From the NCBI GenBank assembly GCA_049291095.1, contig JBATOT010000125.1:1447-65446 (forward strand): a DNA stretch of 64,000 nt, given 5' to 3'. The notes below the pieces were generated by a model. That model saw nothing but the letters and a program-made list of their open reading frames with translations. It did no database searches and was not told where the DNA came from. The position numbers and the translations under genes were made by a program. This DNA comes from Ignavibacteriaceae bacterium (lineage in GTDB: Bacteria > Bacteroidota > Ignavibacteria > Ignavibacteriales > Ignavibacteriaceae). Each line of letters begins with the position of its first letter. Within the stretch, counting starts at the first letter, position 1. This document shows, one piece after another, positions 1-7,908 of the stretch.

Positions 1-939
1 CTTGGTGGAACAAATGCGAGGTTAGGTAACGGAGAATTTATTGTTGTTGAAGCAGATGAATTTGACAGAACATTTTTAAAGCTAACACCAACAATTGCAG
101 CGCTAACAACTTTAGAAAGTGAACATCTTGATACATACAAAGATCTTGATGATATAAAATCAGCATTTATTGAATTTGCAAATAAAGTTCCTTTTTATGG
201 TTTTGTAACATTGTGTTTGGATGAACCTGCATTGCAGGATATAATGCCAAACATCAATAAAAAAATTATTACTTATGGATTAAATGTTCAGGCTGATGTT
301 CGTGCAACAGAAATAACACATAATGGATTTGCAAGCACTTACAAAGTAAAATATTTTGGAAAAGAACTTGGCGAGATAACTCTTAAGATTCCTGGTAAGC
401 ACAATATTAATAATTCTCTTGTCGCTGTTGTTATCGGCACTGAACTTGGGGTTGATTTTAAAATTATTAAATCAGCTTTGGAATCTTTCTCCGGTGTTTA
501 TAGAAGATTTGAAGTAAAGTATAATAAAGAAATTTTAGTGATTGATGATTACGCACATCATCCAACAGAATCTGCAGCAACATTAAAAGGAATTAGAGAC
601 GGCTGGGATAGGAGATTGATTGTAGTTTTTCAACCGCATCTTTATTCGCGTACAAAAGATTTTTACCAGGAGTTTGGAAGAGCGTTTCTTAATTCAGACG
701 TTTTTATTTGTACTGATGTTTATCCGGCAAGAGAACTTCCTATTGAAGGAGTTACTGGAGATTTAATTGCCTCAACAACAAAAAAGTTTGGGCACAAGAA
801 TGTTCATTACGTTGCAGATAAAAATGAAGTTCCTGCTTTGTTAAATGAAATTAAAAAAGATGGTGATATAATTGTTACGATGGGCGCAGGTGATATCTGG
901 AAATTTGGTGAACAATTTGTTGCGATGTTAAAAAAATAA
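1..939 (+). CDS. murC: UDP-N-acetylmuramate--L-alanine ligase MurC, C-terminal part (5' end lies upstream of the window)
   Basis: Frame 1 is open from nt 1 (LGGTNARLGNGEFIVVEADEFDRTFLKL...), so the ORF-track Met at 211 is internal. Mur-ligase motifs are present (EADEFDR, DDYAHHPTE, FQPHLYSRT). The gene sits directly upstream of ftsQ-ftsA-ftsZ. Confidence 0.9.
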   Translation, partial: LGGTNARLGNGEFIVVEADEFDRTFLKLTPTIAALTTLESEHLDTYKDLDDIKSAFIEFANKVPFYGFVTLCLDEPALQDIMPNINKKIITYGLNVQADVRATEITHNGFASTYKVKYFGKELGEITLKIPGKHNINNSLVAVVIGTELGVDFKIIKSALESFSGVYRRFEVKYNKEILVIDDYAHHPTESAATLKGIRDGWDRRLIVVFQPHLYSRTKDFYQEFGRAFLNSDVFICTDVYPARELPIEGVTGDLIASTTKKFGHKNVHYVADKNEVPALLNEIKKDGDIIVTMGAGDIWKFGEQFVAMLKK

Positions 940-941
940 AA

Positions 942-1709
942 ATGAAAAAAGATTTTGGAAAAATATTTGGTGTCATTTTTTTATCGGTTCTGGTGCTTTC
1001 GATTTTGTACTTGTCTCTTTTTACATATAACGAAAAGGGAAAAGAGGAAATTAAAATGATAAATGTTTATGGAAATAACTTGTTGAGTAAAGAAATCTAT
1101 ATGCGGTTTGCGGATATGGATCAATCATCTGTTTATGATGATTTAAATCTTAATATAATCAAAAGAAGAATTGAAGAACATCCATATGTTGCAAAAGCAG
1201 AAGTAAAATCTGATGGACGAGGCAATGTTGAAGTGAGAATTAAAGAAAAAGATATTTATGCGGTATTATTAAGCAGAACTGAACCATACTTTTTAACAAA
1301 CGATTTTGAATTATTAAAGATTCATGAGTTTACAACTTATTCTGATATTCCCGTGATTAGCAATTTCAGATTATCTGAGAAACTTATTCCAGCCAAAGTT
1401 TATAGAAGTGAAGATATTGTTGATGCATTTAGGATTATTGATGCAGCAAAAATCACTGATATTGAATTAGCAAAAAAACTTTCTGAAATAAATCTAAAAA
1501 ACGGCGGCGATGTTGTGTTAACATTTTCAGGTGTTAATTATCCTGTTGTATTTGGAAGAGGAAATGAATCGAAAAAAATGATTTACTTAAGTTTGGTTTG
1601 GGAAAGAATTAATAATTTAAAAGCAAGTTTTCAAAACACAGAATACATAGATTTAAGATTTAATAACGAAGCTTACATTGGAAGCAAAGAAAACACAGGC
1701 TTGATTTAA
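942..1709 (+). CDS. ftsQ: Cell division protein FtsQ (POTRA-domain, single N-terminal TM helix)
   Basis: 255 aa with an N-terminal TM helix (IFGVIFLSVLVLSILYLSLF). It lies between murC and ftsA as in conserved dcw clusters. The sequence itself is only weakly diagnostic. Confidence 0.75.
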   Translation: MKKDFGKIFGVIFLSVLVLSILYLSLFTYNEKGKEEIKMINVYGNNLLSKEIYMRFADMDQSSVYDDLNLNIIKRRIEEHPYVAKAEVKSDGRGNVEVRIKEKDIYAVLLSRTEPYFLTNDFELLKIHEFTTYSDIPVISNFRLSEKLIPAKVYRSEDIVDAFRIIDAAKITDIELAKKLSEINLKNGGDVVLTFSGVNYPVVFGRGNESKKMIYLSLVWERINNLKASFQNTEYIDLRFNNEAYIGSKENTGLI

Positions 1710-2959
1710 TGAAAAAAGATATTCTAGTTGGATTGGATTTAGGTACAACAAAAGTTTGCGCAGTAATCGCTGAAAAGATTTCTGAACAAAATAAAATTGA
1801 TGTACTTGGATTTGGTGTGGCTCCATCTGAAGGATTACATAAAGGATTGGTTGCAAACATTGGCAAAACAGCCGAAGCAATTAAATCAGCAATGGCTATC
1901 GCATCTAACAGAGCTGGATTTGAAGTTACCACAGTCAATGTTGGTGTTGCCGGCGAACATATTACAAGCATTCGCCATAGAAATTATGTAACGATCAATC
2001 GTGATGAAAAAGAAATTACAAAAGAAGATTTAGATAGATTAGAAGCTGATGTTCGTACAATTAGAATTCCAAGTGACAGACAAATTCTTCACATAATTCC
2101 TGAAGAGTTTTCTATAGATCATCAAAGCGGAATTGAAAATCCAATTGGAATGTCTGGATCGAGATTAGAAGCAAGTAATCACGTTGTTCTTGCATCAATA
2201 CCAGCTATGGAAAATATTAGAAAATCAGTTGAACGAGCTGGTTACCAGGTTCAGGATTATATCTTACAACCAATTGCATCAAGTGCATCTGTGCTGGAAG
2301 AAAGTGAAAAAGATCTTGGAGTAGCTTTAATTGATATTGGCGGCGGAACAACTGATATCGCGATCTATCATAAAAAAGCAATTAAACATACAAGAGTAAT
2401 TGGTGTAGCCGGAAATCAGGTTACAAATGATATTCGTGAATCACTTGGTGTTATGACAGATGAAGCTGAGCGATTAAAAAAAGAATATGGTTATGCAAGC
2501 GAAAGTGCAATCATAAAAGATGAAGATATTTTAATTAAAGGTGTTGGCGCAAGAGGGAATACAAAAATTCCAATTTCTTTGCTTACACAAATTATAAGTT
2601 TAAGAATGAAGGAACTGTTTACTTTAGTTGATAATGAATTACGCACAGCAGGATTCAAATCCAAAATTAAAGCTGGAATTGTGCTTACTGGCGGAGGGTC
2701 ATTGTTAAGAGGCGTAACAGAATTAGCAGAAGAAGTTTTTGGTTTACCAACCAGAATTGGTGTTCCGCAGGAATTAGGTGCAGGGTTATCAAATGAAATT
2801 GAAAGTCCTGAGTTTGCAACTGTAGCTGGTTTGATAAGAGGAATACCAGGAGGAAAATCGAGTGAATACCAGGTTTTGATTAAAAAGCAAAAAGAAAAAT
2901 CCAGTAATCAACTCGGCAAGATCATAAAAAAAGTGCAAGATTTTTTTAACGAATTATAA
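1709..2959 (+). CDS. ftsA: Cell division protein FtsA (actin-like ATPase)
   Basis: Actin/HSP70-fold phosphate motifs are present (VGLDLGTTKVCAV, DIGGGTTDIAIY, VLTGGGSLLRG). The start overlaps the ftsQ stop, and the gene is immediately upstream of ftsZ. Confidence 0.95.
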   Translation: MKKDILVGLDLGTTKVCAVIAEKISEQNKIDVLGFGVAPSEGLHKGLVANIGKTAEAIKSAMAIASNRAGFEVTTVNVGVAGEHITSIRHRNYVTINRDEKEITKEDLDRLEADVRTIRIPSDRQILHIIPEEFSIDHQSGIENPIGMSGSRLEASNHVVLASIPAMENIRKSVERAGYQVQDYILQPIASSASVLEESEKDLGVALIDIGGGTTDIAIYHKKAIKHTRVIGVAGNQVTNDIRESLGVMTDEAERLKKEYGYASESAIIKDEDILIKGVGARGNTKIPISLLTQIISLRMKELFTLVDNELRTAGFKSKIKAGIVLTGGGSLLRGVTELAEEVFGLPTRIGVPQELGAGLSNEIESPEFATVAGLIRGIPGGKSSEYQVLIKKQKEKSSNQLGKIIKKVQDFFNEL

Positions 2960-2978
2960 AATCATTATAGGAGGACCT

Positions 2979-4250
2979 ATGTCGCGATTCGCAACCATCG
3001 ATAAAGAAAAACCGATGTCAGCAGTGTTAAAAGTTGTTGGTGTTGGCGGCGGAGGCTGTAATGCCATCGAAAGTATGATTGCACGCGGATTAAGTGGTGT
3101 AGAATACATCGCTGTAAATACTGATTCACAGGTGCTAAGAAGCAGTACTGCAACTTTAAAAGTTCAGGTCGGTAATGCAATTACCCGCGGCTTAGGTGCC
3201 GGTGCTGATCCTAACATCGGAAGAAAATCTGCTGAAGAAGATCGTGATCAAATAGCAGATGTACTTTCCGGAAGTGATATGGTATTTATCACAGCTGGTA
3301 TGGGCGGCGGAACAGGAACTGGCGCTGCTCCAGTGATTGCATCAATTGCAAAAAGCATAGGAGCTCTTGTAGTTGGTATCGTTACAAAACCTTTCCGATG
3401 GGAAGGCAAAACAAGAATGATGAATGCTGAAAGAGGAATACAGGAATTGCGTCAGCATGTTGATAGCTTGATTGTTATTCCTAATGAAAGACTATTAAAT
3501 ATTTTGGATAAAGCAACAAATGCATTTGCAGCTTTTGATAAACCAAACGAAGTTCTATACGAAGCAACTCGTGGTATTGCAGATATCATTACGATTGAAG
3601 GATTGATCAATGTAGATTTTGCAGATGTACGTGCAGTAATGAATTCAAGCGGTGAAGCTTTAATGGGATGCGGAATTGCAAGTGGTGAAAATCGTGCAAT
3701 TGAAGCAGCACAAAAAGCTATCTCGAGTCCTTTACTTGAAGGTGTAAATATTAAAGGTGCAAAGAGTGTACTTGTTAATGTTACAGGATCAAGCAGTATG
3801 ACAATGCAGGAAATTAATGAAGGTAATAATGTTATCTTTGATGCCGCTGGTGATGAAGCAAACGTAATATTTGGCGTTGTTAAGAAAGAAGAAATGAATG
3901 ATTACATTTCTTACACAGTTATTGCAACAGGATTTGATAGTGCAAGAGGAAACAACTTTGCTAATAAAAATGTAACAATAAAAAAACAGCCAACTTCACT
4001 TACTGATAAGATTCACAGTGGTTTTAGTTTATTTGGACCAGAAAATGTTGACTCAAATGATCTGGATGTTCCAACAATTTTAAGAGTTAACAGTCCAAAA
4101 ACTTCAATCGAAGATGATGAAGAAAAAAATACTCCAAGTGGATTTGCTGTTGAAAACTCCAGATATTCTTGGGCAAAAGAAAGAAACGAGAAAAAGGATG
4201 ATTCTAATGATGACGATAGCTCATCATTCTTAAGAATGATTATGGATTAA
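2979..4250 (+). CDS. ftsZ: Cell division GTPase FtsZ
   Basis: Tubulin signature [20 protein letters not shown] and NTDSQVL. A long acidic linker is followed by the conserved C-terminal peptide [15 protein letters not shown] Shine-Dalgarno at 2969-2974. Confidence 0.97.
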   Translation: MSRFATIDKEKPMSAVLKVVGVGGGGCNAIESMIARGLSGVEYIAVNTDSQVLRSSTATLKVQVGNAITRGLGAGADPNIGRKSAEEDRDQIADVLSGSDMVFITAGMGGGTGTGAAPVIASIAKSIGALVVGIVTKPFRWEGKTRMMNAERGIQELRQHVDSLIVIPNERLLNILDKATNAFAAFDKPNEVLYEATRGIADIITIEGLINVDFADVRAVMNSSGEALMGCGIASGENRAIEAAQKAISSPLLEGVNIKGAKSVLVNVTGSSSMTMQEINEGNNVIFDAAGDEANVIFGVVKKEEMNDYISYTVIATGFDSARGNNFANKNVTIKKQPTSLTDKIHSGFSLFGPENVDSNDLDVPTILRVNSPKTSIEDDEEKNTPSGFAVENSRYSWAKERNEKKDDSNDDDSSSFLRMIMD

Positions 4251-4260
4251 GTCATTAATA

Positions 4261-4373
4261 ACATCTGAAAAATAACTTTACTTGAGTCATCCTGAATTTA
4301 TTTCAGGATCAAAAAGTCAGATTCCGAAATATATTCGGAATGACAAAAAGAAGGCTTACAATTTTTCAGATGT
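4261..4373. repeat. Compound palindromic REP/MITE-like element: perfect 13-bp terminal inverted repeat enclosing two internal hairpins
   Basis: ACATCTGAAAAAT (4261-4273) is the exact reverse complement of ATTTTTCAGATGT (4361-4373). Two inner hairpins lie inside: ATCCTGAA..TTCAGGAT (about 4288-4309) and ATTCCGAA..TTCGGAAT (about 4321-4340). The element is downstream of ftsZ, so it may also act as a terminator. Confidence 0.7.
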
Positions 4374-4417
4374 AAAAAAATTAAATATTTTTTCAGTAAG
4401 TAATTCAGAGAGGATTT

Positions 4418-4615
4418 ATGAGTGATAAGCATTCAAATTCTGAGTGTGAGAATATTCTCTCTGCAAAAGAGATTGAAAAAAATCTGTTTAACAGTAAAGA
4501 GCACTCCGAACAATTAGACCGCATTATCAAATCAAAAGGTAAACTTGTTGTTTACCTTTCCATCATCTACGGTGCAATAATATTTTTAGGGTTGGTTTAT
4601 TTGTTCGTAATTTAG
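4418..4615 (+). CDS. Small hypothetical membrane protein (one C-terminal TM helix)
   Basis: 65-aa ORF preceded by a purine-rich GAGAGGA. It has a hydrophilic N-terminus and a C-terminal hydrophobic helix (LVVYLSIIYGAIIFLGLVYLFVI). I recognise no family. Confidence 0.4.
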   Translation: MSDKHSNSECENILSAKEIEKNLFNSKEHSEQLDRIIKSKGKLVVYLSIIYGAIIFLGLVYLFVI

Positions 4616-4621
4616 TTTTGT

Positions 4622-4831
4622 TTATTCATCAATCAACCTCGATTCAATCATAACATTCTCATCGTAATCCTGTACAATTATAACGCGGTTTGGTCTGCAG
4701 CAGACTCGGCAATCTTCCACAAAATCCTGCTTCCCTTCAATTGTGAGATCAACCCACACAGAATTTTCTACTCCACAATACTGACAAACCCAATTTAAAG
4801 TATCATCCGTTTGCATTTTATCCTCACTCAA
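4622..4831 (-). CDS. CPXCG-motif cysteine-rich zinc-ribbon-like protein
   Basis: 69 aa with two Cys pairs, CQYCG near the N-terminus and DCRVCCRPN. The spacing and size are typical of the small CPXCG-motif protein family. Confidence 0.7.
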   Translation of the reverse strand: MSEDKMQTDDTLNWVCQYCGVENSVWVDLTIEGKQDFVEDCRVCCRPNRVIIVQDYDENVMIESRLIDE

Positions 4832-4952
4832 AAATTTACACTTCTAATAAGGCATTTAAATTATTTAAAATCAATTTTTTTCAAAACTATTGCTTCTAAG
4901 CTTTAAATATTTTATATAGTGTACAAATGTTCACCTAATTTATGTATGGTAT

Positions 4953-6617
4953 ATGGAAGCCGAAGAATTAACATATCAACTACCAAAAGAGTGGCGTGGA
5001 AATAAAAAAGTTATTTCACTTTATCCGCCGATACCACGAAATACTGAATCGGTCGATTTTGATATTTATGATTTTGAAATGCTCTTTAACGATGAGGCTA
5101 CAAGCAATCTTATCCGCACAGGGCAAACTATTGGATGCTTTTACATTGAGTCTCCTGGTATGCGCTCGTTGCTTCGTAAGCTTGATGTACACGATTTTGA
5201 GCTGCTTACTGCGGCAAGTTCAATCATTCGTCCTGGCGTTGCAGAAAGTGGAATGATGCAGGAATTTATTGCGCGCCATAAAGATCCCAGCAGAAGAAAA
5301 TATCTTGTGCCGGAAATGGAAGAAGTTCTTGGTGAAACTTACGGAGTTATGATTTACCAGGAAGATGTAATAAAAGTTGCAAACAAAATTGCGGGCTTAT
5401 CAATGGAAGAAGCTGATCTTCTGCGCCGTGCCATGAGCGGTAAAATGCGATCACATTCTGCAATGGAAAGTCTGCGTTTTAAATATTTTAAATCGTGTAA
5501 AGAAAAAAATCTTACAGAGGAACAGGCAAGCGAACTTTGGCGGCAAATAGAATCTTTTGCGGGATACGCATTTTGTAAAGCTCACAGCGCGTCTTTTGCG
5601 CTGCTTTCTTACCAGGTTGCATTTCTTAAATCACATTATCCGGCGGAGTTTATGGCAAGCGTTTTAAGCAACATGGGTGGATTTTATTCTGCAGCAGTTT
5701 ATATCTGGGAATGTAAGCGATTGGGATTAAAAATTCTGCTTCCATCAATCAACAAAAGTAATTACGAGTACACGGGAAATAAAGATGAGATTCAAATCGG
5801 TTTAATGGCGATTAAGAATCTCTCGCGTAACTCTATCCAAAATATTTTGGATGAAAGAAAAAAAGATGGCGAGTATCATTCGCTGGCAGATTTTCTTATC
5901 CGCACAAAGTTGGCATTTGAAGAAACATCAATCCTAATTAAATGCGGAGCGATGGGATGTTTAAAAAAAACAAGACCGGAGCTTTTACGTTTGCTGGATA
6001 TTTACATCCACAAAAGAAAAATTCTTAATGAAAGTTATAACGATTTGTTCTTGCACGAAACTTTTGTGATGGAAGATGAAGTTAAGACAAACATAAACTT
6101 TAGTGTTGAAGAAATTTGCAAAGCCGAATACGAAACGTTTGATTATATGGTTACGCGTCATCCTCTTTATTTTTATAGAAGCGAAACTGAAAAACCTGAA
6201 GTTGTAAAAGCAAAAGACTTGCAAAATTATCGCGGCAAAAATGTAAAGCTGATTGGATGGTATATGACATCTAAAAGAATTAAAACAAGAAAAGGGCAGA
6301 TAATGAAATTTCTTTCGCTTGAGGATACAACGGGAACTTTTGAAGCAGTAATTTTTCCGCGCGAGTATGAGAAATTTGCTGAACACACAATGTCTATGGG
6401 TCCATACATTATTGATGGAAAGGTTGATGAAAATGATGCTACAAATGTTGTTGTAAGTTATTTAGAAGTTGGGACATCTTCGTCTGTAAAAGTCGCAGAT
6501 CAAAAAGACAGTGTTGAAAATAAATATTATGGCGATGTTGGAGCAATTAGAGAAGAAGATTTTATGCTTCTTGATAATGCTACTAAGGAAAAGTTAAGAT
6601 TGGCTTATGCGAGTTAG
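4953..6617 (+). CDS. dnaE: DNA polymerase III alpha (DnaE/DnaE2-type) C-terminal half only: fingers, HhH and OB-fold; N-terminal PHP/palm missing (truncated gene or pseudogene)
   Basis: DnaE fingers motifs are present (TIGCFYIESPGMRSLLRKL, SIIRPG, VMIYQEDVIKVA, EADLLRRAMSGK, GYAFCKAHSASFALLSYQ). An OB-fold region follows (KGQIMKFLSLEDTTGTFEAVIFPREY). The frame closes at a TAG at 4917-4919, and the upstream neighbour is an unrelated gene on the opposite strand. Confidence 0.85.
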   Translation: MEAEELTYQLPKEWRGNKKVISLYPPIPRNTESVDFDIYDFEMLFNDEATSNLIRTGQTIGCFYIESPGMRSLLRKLDVHDFELLTAASSIIRPGVAESGMMQEFIARHKDPSRRKYLVPEMEEVLGETYGVMIYQEDVIKVANKIAGLSMEEADLLRRAMSGKMRSHSAMESLRFKYFKSCKEKNLTEEQASELWRQIESFAGYAFCKAHSASFALLSYQVAFLKSHYPAEFMASVLSNMGGFYSAAVYIWECKRLGLKILLPSINKSNYEYTGNKDEIQIGLMAIKNLSRNSIQNILDERKKDGEYHSLADFLIRTKLAFEETSILIKCGAMGCLKKTRPELLRLLDIYIHKRKILNESYNDLFLHETFVMEDEVKTNINFSVEEICKAEYETFDYMVTRHPLYFYRSETEKPEVVKAKDLQNYRGKNVKLIGWYMTSKRIKTRKGQIMKFLSLEDTTGTFEAVIFPREYEKFAEHTMSMGPYIIDGKVDENDATNVVVSYLEVGTSSSVKVADQKDSVENKYYGDVGAIREEDFMLLDNATKEKLRLAYAS

Positions 6618-6638
6618 GAATGTCGGAAGAAAAAAATA

Positions 6639-6665
6639 CCACGACCTAAAGGTCGTGGCAATAGA
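6639..6665. terminator. GC-rich hairpin CCACGACC-TAAA-GGTCGTGG (+CAATAGA) between convergent genes; repeated at 56929-56956
   Basis: Perfect 8-bp stem located between the 3' ends of the dnaE fragment (+) and yajQ (-). The same core, CCACGACCT..AGGTCGTGGCAATAGA, recurs at 56930-56956. Confidence 0.6.
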
Positions 6666-6686
6666 TAGTAAAAAACTAAAAACAAT

Positions 6687-7184
6687 TTACTTCATATTCA
6701 CAAACTGAGTAGGGAATTCTAATTCAGATTGTTTCACCAATGTAATAACAGCTTGAAGATCATCAATCTTTGCACCTGTAACTCTAACTTGTTCATCCTG
6801 AATTTGGGCACTTACCTTTAGCTTGGATTCTTTAATAAGCTTTGTAATAATCTTTGCGTTCTCTTTTGAGATTCCGCTTTGAAGATTGATAATTTGTTTA
6901 AGCCTTCCACCAGATGCGGCTTCTGGTTCATTAAAATTTAAAGCCTTTATAGAAATGTTTCTGCGGATAAATTTAGTCTCTAAAATATCAATTGCAGATT
7001 TTCGTGAATAATCATCTTTCGTATTCATAGTAATGAGCTTATCTTTTTTGTTAAGCTCAAGTTCAGTGTTAGAATCCTTAAGATCATAACGCTGATGTAT
7101 TTCTTTTAATGCCTGGTTAACAGCATTATCTGCTTCCTGAAAATCAATTTCAGAAACTATATCAAATGAATGATTTTGTGCCAT
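6687..7184 (-). CDS. yajQ: YajQ-family (UPF0234) nucleotide/cyclic-di-GMP-binding protein
   Basis: 165 aa. The N-terminus (SFDIVSEIDFQEADNAVNQALKEIHQRYDLKDS) and the overall length are characteristic of YajQ. Confidence 0.85.
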   Translation of the reverse strand: MAQNHSFDIVSEIDFQEADNAVNQALKEIHQRYDLKDSNTELELNKKDKLITMNTKDDYSRKSAIDILETKFIRRNISIKALNFNEPEAASGGRLKQIINLQSGISKENAKIITKLIKESKLKVSAQIQDEQVRVTGAKIDDLQAVITLVKQSELEFPTQFVNMK

Positions 7185-7221
7185 AACTTCTTAGTATTTA
7201 TTGTTATCAAATATTACGACA

Positions 7222-7289
7222 GGAATAATGGAATTTTGGAGTATTAGAAATTCAAATCTCAAATAACAATTATCAAATTCCAATATTCC
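7222..7289. repeat. Imperfect long inverted repeat between tRNA-Pro and yajQ
   Basis: GGAATAATGGAATTTTG (7222-7238) pairs with CAAATTCCAATATTCC (7274-7289), leaving a loop of about 35 nt. It is possibly a terminator for the tRNA transcription unit. Confidence 0.4.
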
Positions 7290-7308
7290 ATTACTCTCGA
7301 TTAAAGAG

Positions 7309-7382
7309 TCGGGGTGATAGGATTCGAACCTACGGCCTCTTCGTCCCGAACGAAGCGCGCTACCGGGCTGCGCTACACCCCG
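7309..7382 (-). tRNA. tRNA-Pro (anticodon CGG)
   Basis: The minus strand reads CGGGGTG-TA-GCGC-AGCCCGGTA-GCGC-G-CTTCG-TTCGGGA-CGAAG-AGGCC-GTAGG-TTCGAAT-CCTAT-CACCCCG-A. This is a full 74-nt cloverleaf with anticodon loop U-CGG-G. No CCA is encoded. Confidence 0.93.
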
Positions 7383-7386
7383 AATA

Positions 7387-7650
7387 CTATTCATTTAAAA
7401 AAAACTCTGAGTATTCGTTTCTAATAAATTTTTTATTTCTAACTTTTTTGAGTTTTAACTCAAATCGATTTGCCTCTAAATTATTATCAAAAGTTCTTAA
7501 AAAAATCAACTTCCAAGGTCCTTTTCCTTTTGTCGATTTATTCTGTCCTGAACCATGCTCTGTTAACCTTTTGGCAATATCATAAGTATGGCCGATATAC
7601 CATCTTTGATTGACAACTGATTCAATTATATATGTATAATAATTTTCCAC
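7387..7650 (-). CDS. Small GIY-YIG nuclease family protein (UPF0213/YhbQ-like)
   Basis: 87 aa with the GIY-YIG core (YYTYIIES...RWYIGHTYDIAKRLTEH...G). It starts with GTG at 7650 and stops with TAG 4 nt before the tRNA-Pro 5' end. Confidence 0.8.
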   Translation of the reverse strand: MENYYTYIIESVVNQRWYIGHTYDIAKRLTEHGSGQNKSTKGKGPWKLIFLRTFDNNLEANRFELKLKKVRNKKFIRNEYSEFFLNE

Positions 7651-7699
7651 GGCCTTCCCGACTTATCGGGACGCGCTACCGGGCTTGCGCTACACCCCG
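7651..7699 (-). pseudogene. 5' fragment of a tRNA (acceptor 5' strand, D-arm, aberrant anticodon arm, variable loop) abutting the GIY-YIG start codon
   Basis: The minus strand reads CGGGGTGTAGCGCAAGCCCGGTAGCGCG-TCCCG-ATAAGT-CGGGA-AGGCC. Its first 28 nt match the complete tRNA-Pro apart from one extra A, and the variable loop AGGCC(GT) is identical. The anticodon loop has only 6 nt. No T-arm or 3' acceptor strand follows. Confidence 0.7.
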
Positions 7700-7806
7700 A
7701 AAAGGTGTTTTATCTACAAAGCAAATATAAAAATATTTTCAATCAAAGCTGTTTTAATCTTTACTTTAAAAATTAATACCCTTAAGTTTGGTTCAAATAA
7801 AATTAA

Positions 7807-7904
7807 CCTTTAACTCTATCCAGTGAGATGGAAAAGGATGAACAAAATTAAAATAAACGATAGAAGGTAACCTCTGAGGATAATTAATCCGAAGAGGCTT
7901 TTTT
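7807..7904 (+). promoter_or_regulatory. Putative PyrR-dependent attenuator leader (binding-loop hairpin plus intrinsic terminator)
   Basis: The hairpin CCTTT..ATCCAGTGAGATGG..AAAGG (7807-7837) contains a UCCAG(U/A)GAG motif like the PyrR binding loop (UCCAGAGAGG). The second hairpin CCTCTGAGGAT..ATCCGAAGAGG (7871-7897) is followed by CTTTTTTG, directly in front of pyrR. Confidence 0.5.
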
Positions 7905-7908
7905 GTAT

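Noticed and set aside
1653-1991. Short ORFs on both strands around the ftsQ/ftsA junction (1653-1880, 1660-1971, 1797-1991)
   Set aside because: They overlap the strongly supported ftsA reading frame and have no motifs. They are typical alternative-frame noise.
4920-4934. LexA/Cheo-box-like TGTACAAATGTTCAC upstream of the dnaE fragment as a stand-alone regulatory feature
   Set aside because: It has three mismatches to the CGAAC-N4-GTTCG core, and the LexA motif of this lineage is unknown to me. I mention it only as a weak note inside the dnaE finding.
7191-7394. 67-aa minus-strand ORF (MNSIRGVAQPGSALRSGRRGRRFESYHPD...)
   Set aside because: It is read straight through the tRNA-Pro gene (7309-7382). 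The peptide GVAQPGSALRSG..RFES is the typical translation artefact of a tRNA, and the remainder lies in an AT-rich spacer with an inverted repeat.
7309-7699. Idea that the GIY-YIG ORF is a homing endonuclease inside a group I intron interrupting a tRNA
   Set aside because: The downstream tRNA-Pro is a complete 74-nt cloverleaf on its own. The non-coding sequence flanking the ORF is 0 nt on one side and 4 nt on the other, which leaves no room for a ribozyme core. The upstream fragment also has an aberrant 6-nt anticodon loop and no matching 3' half.
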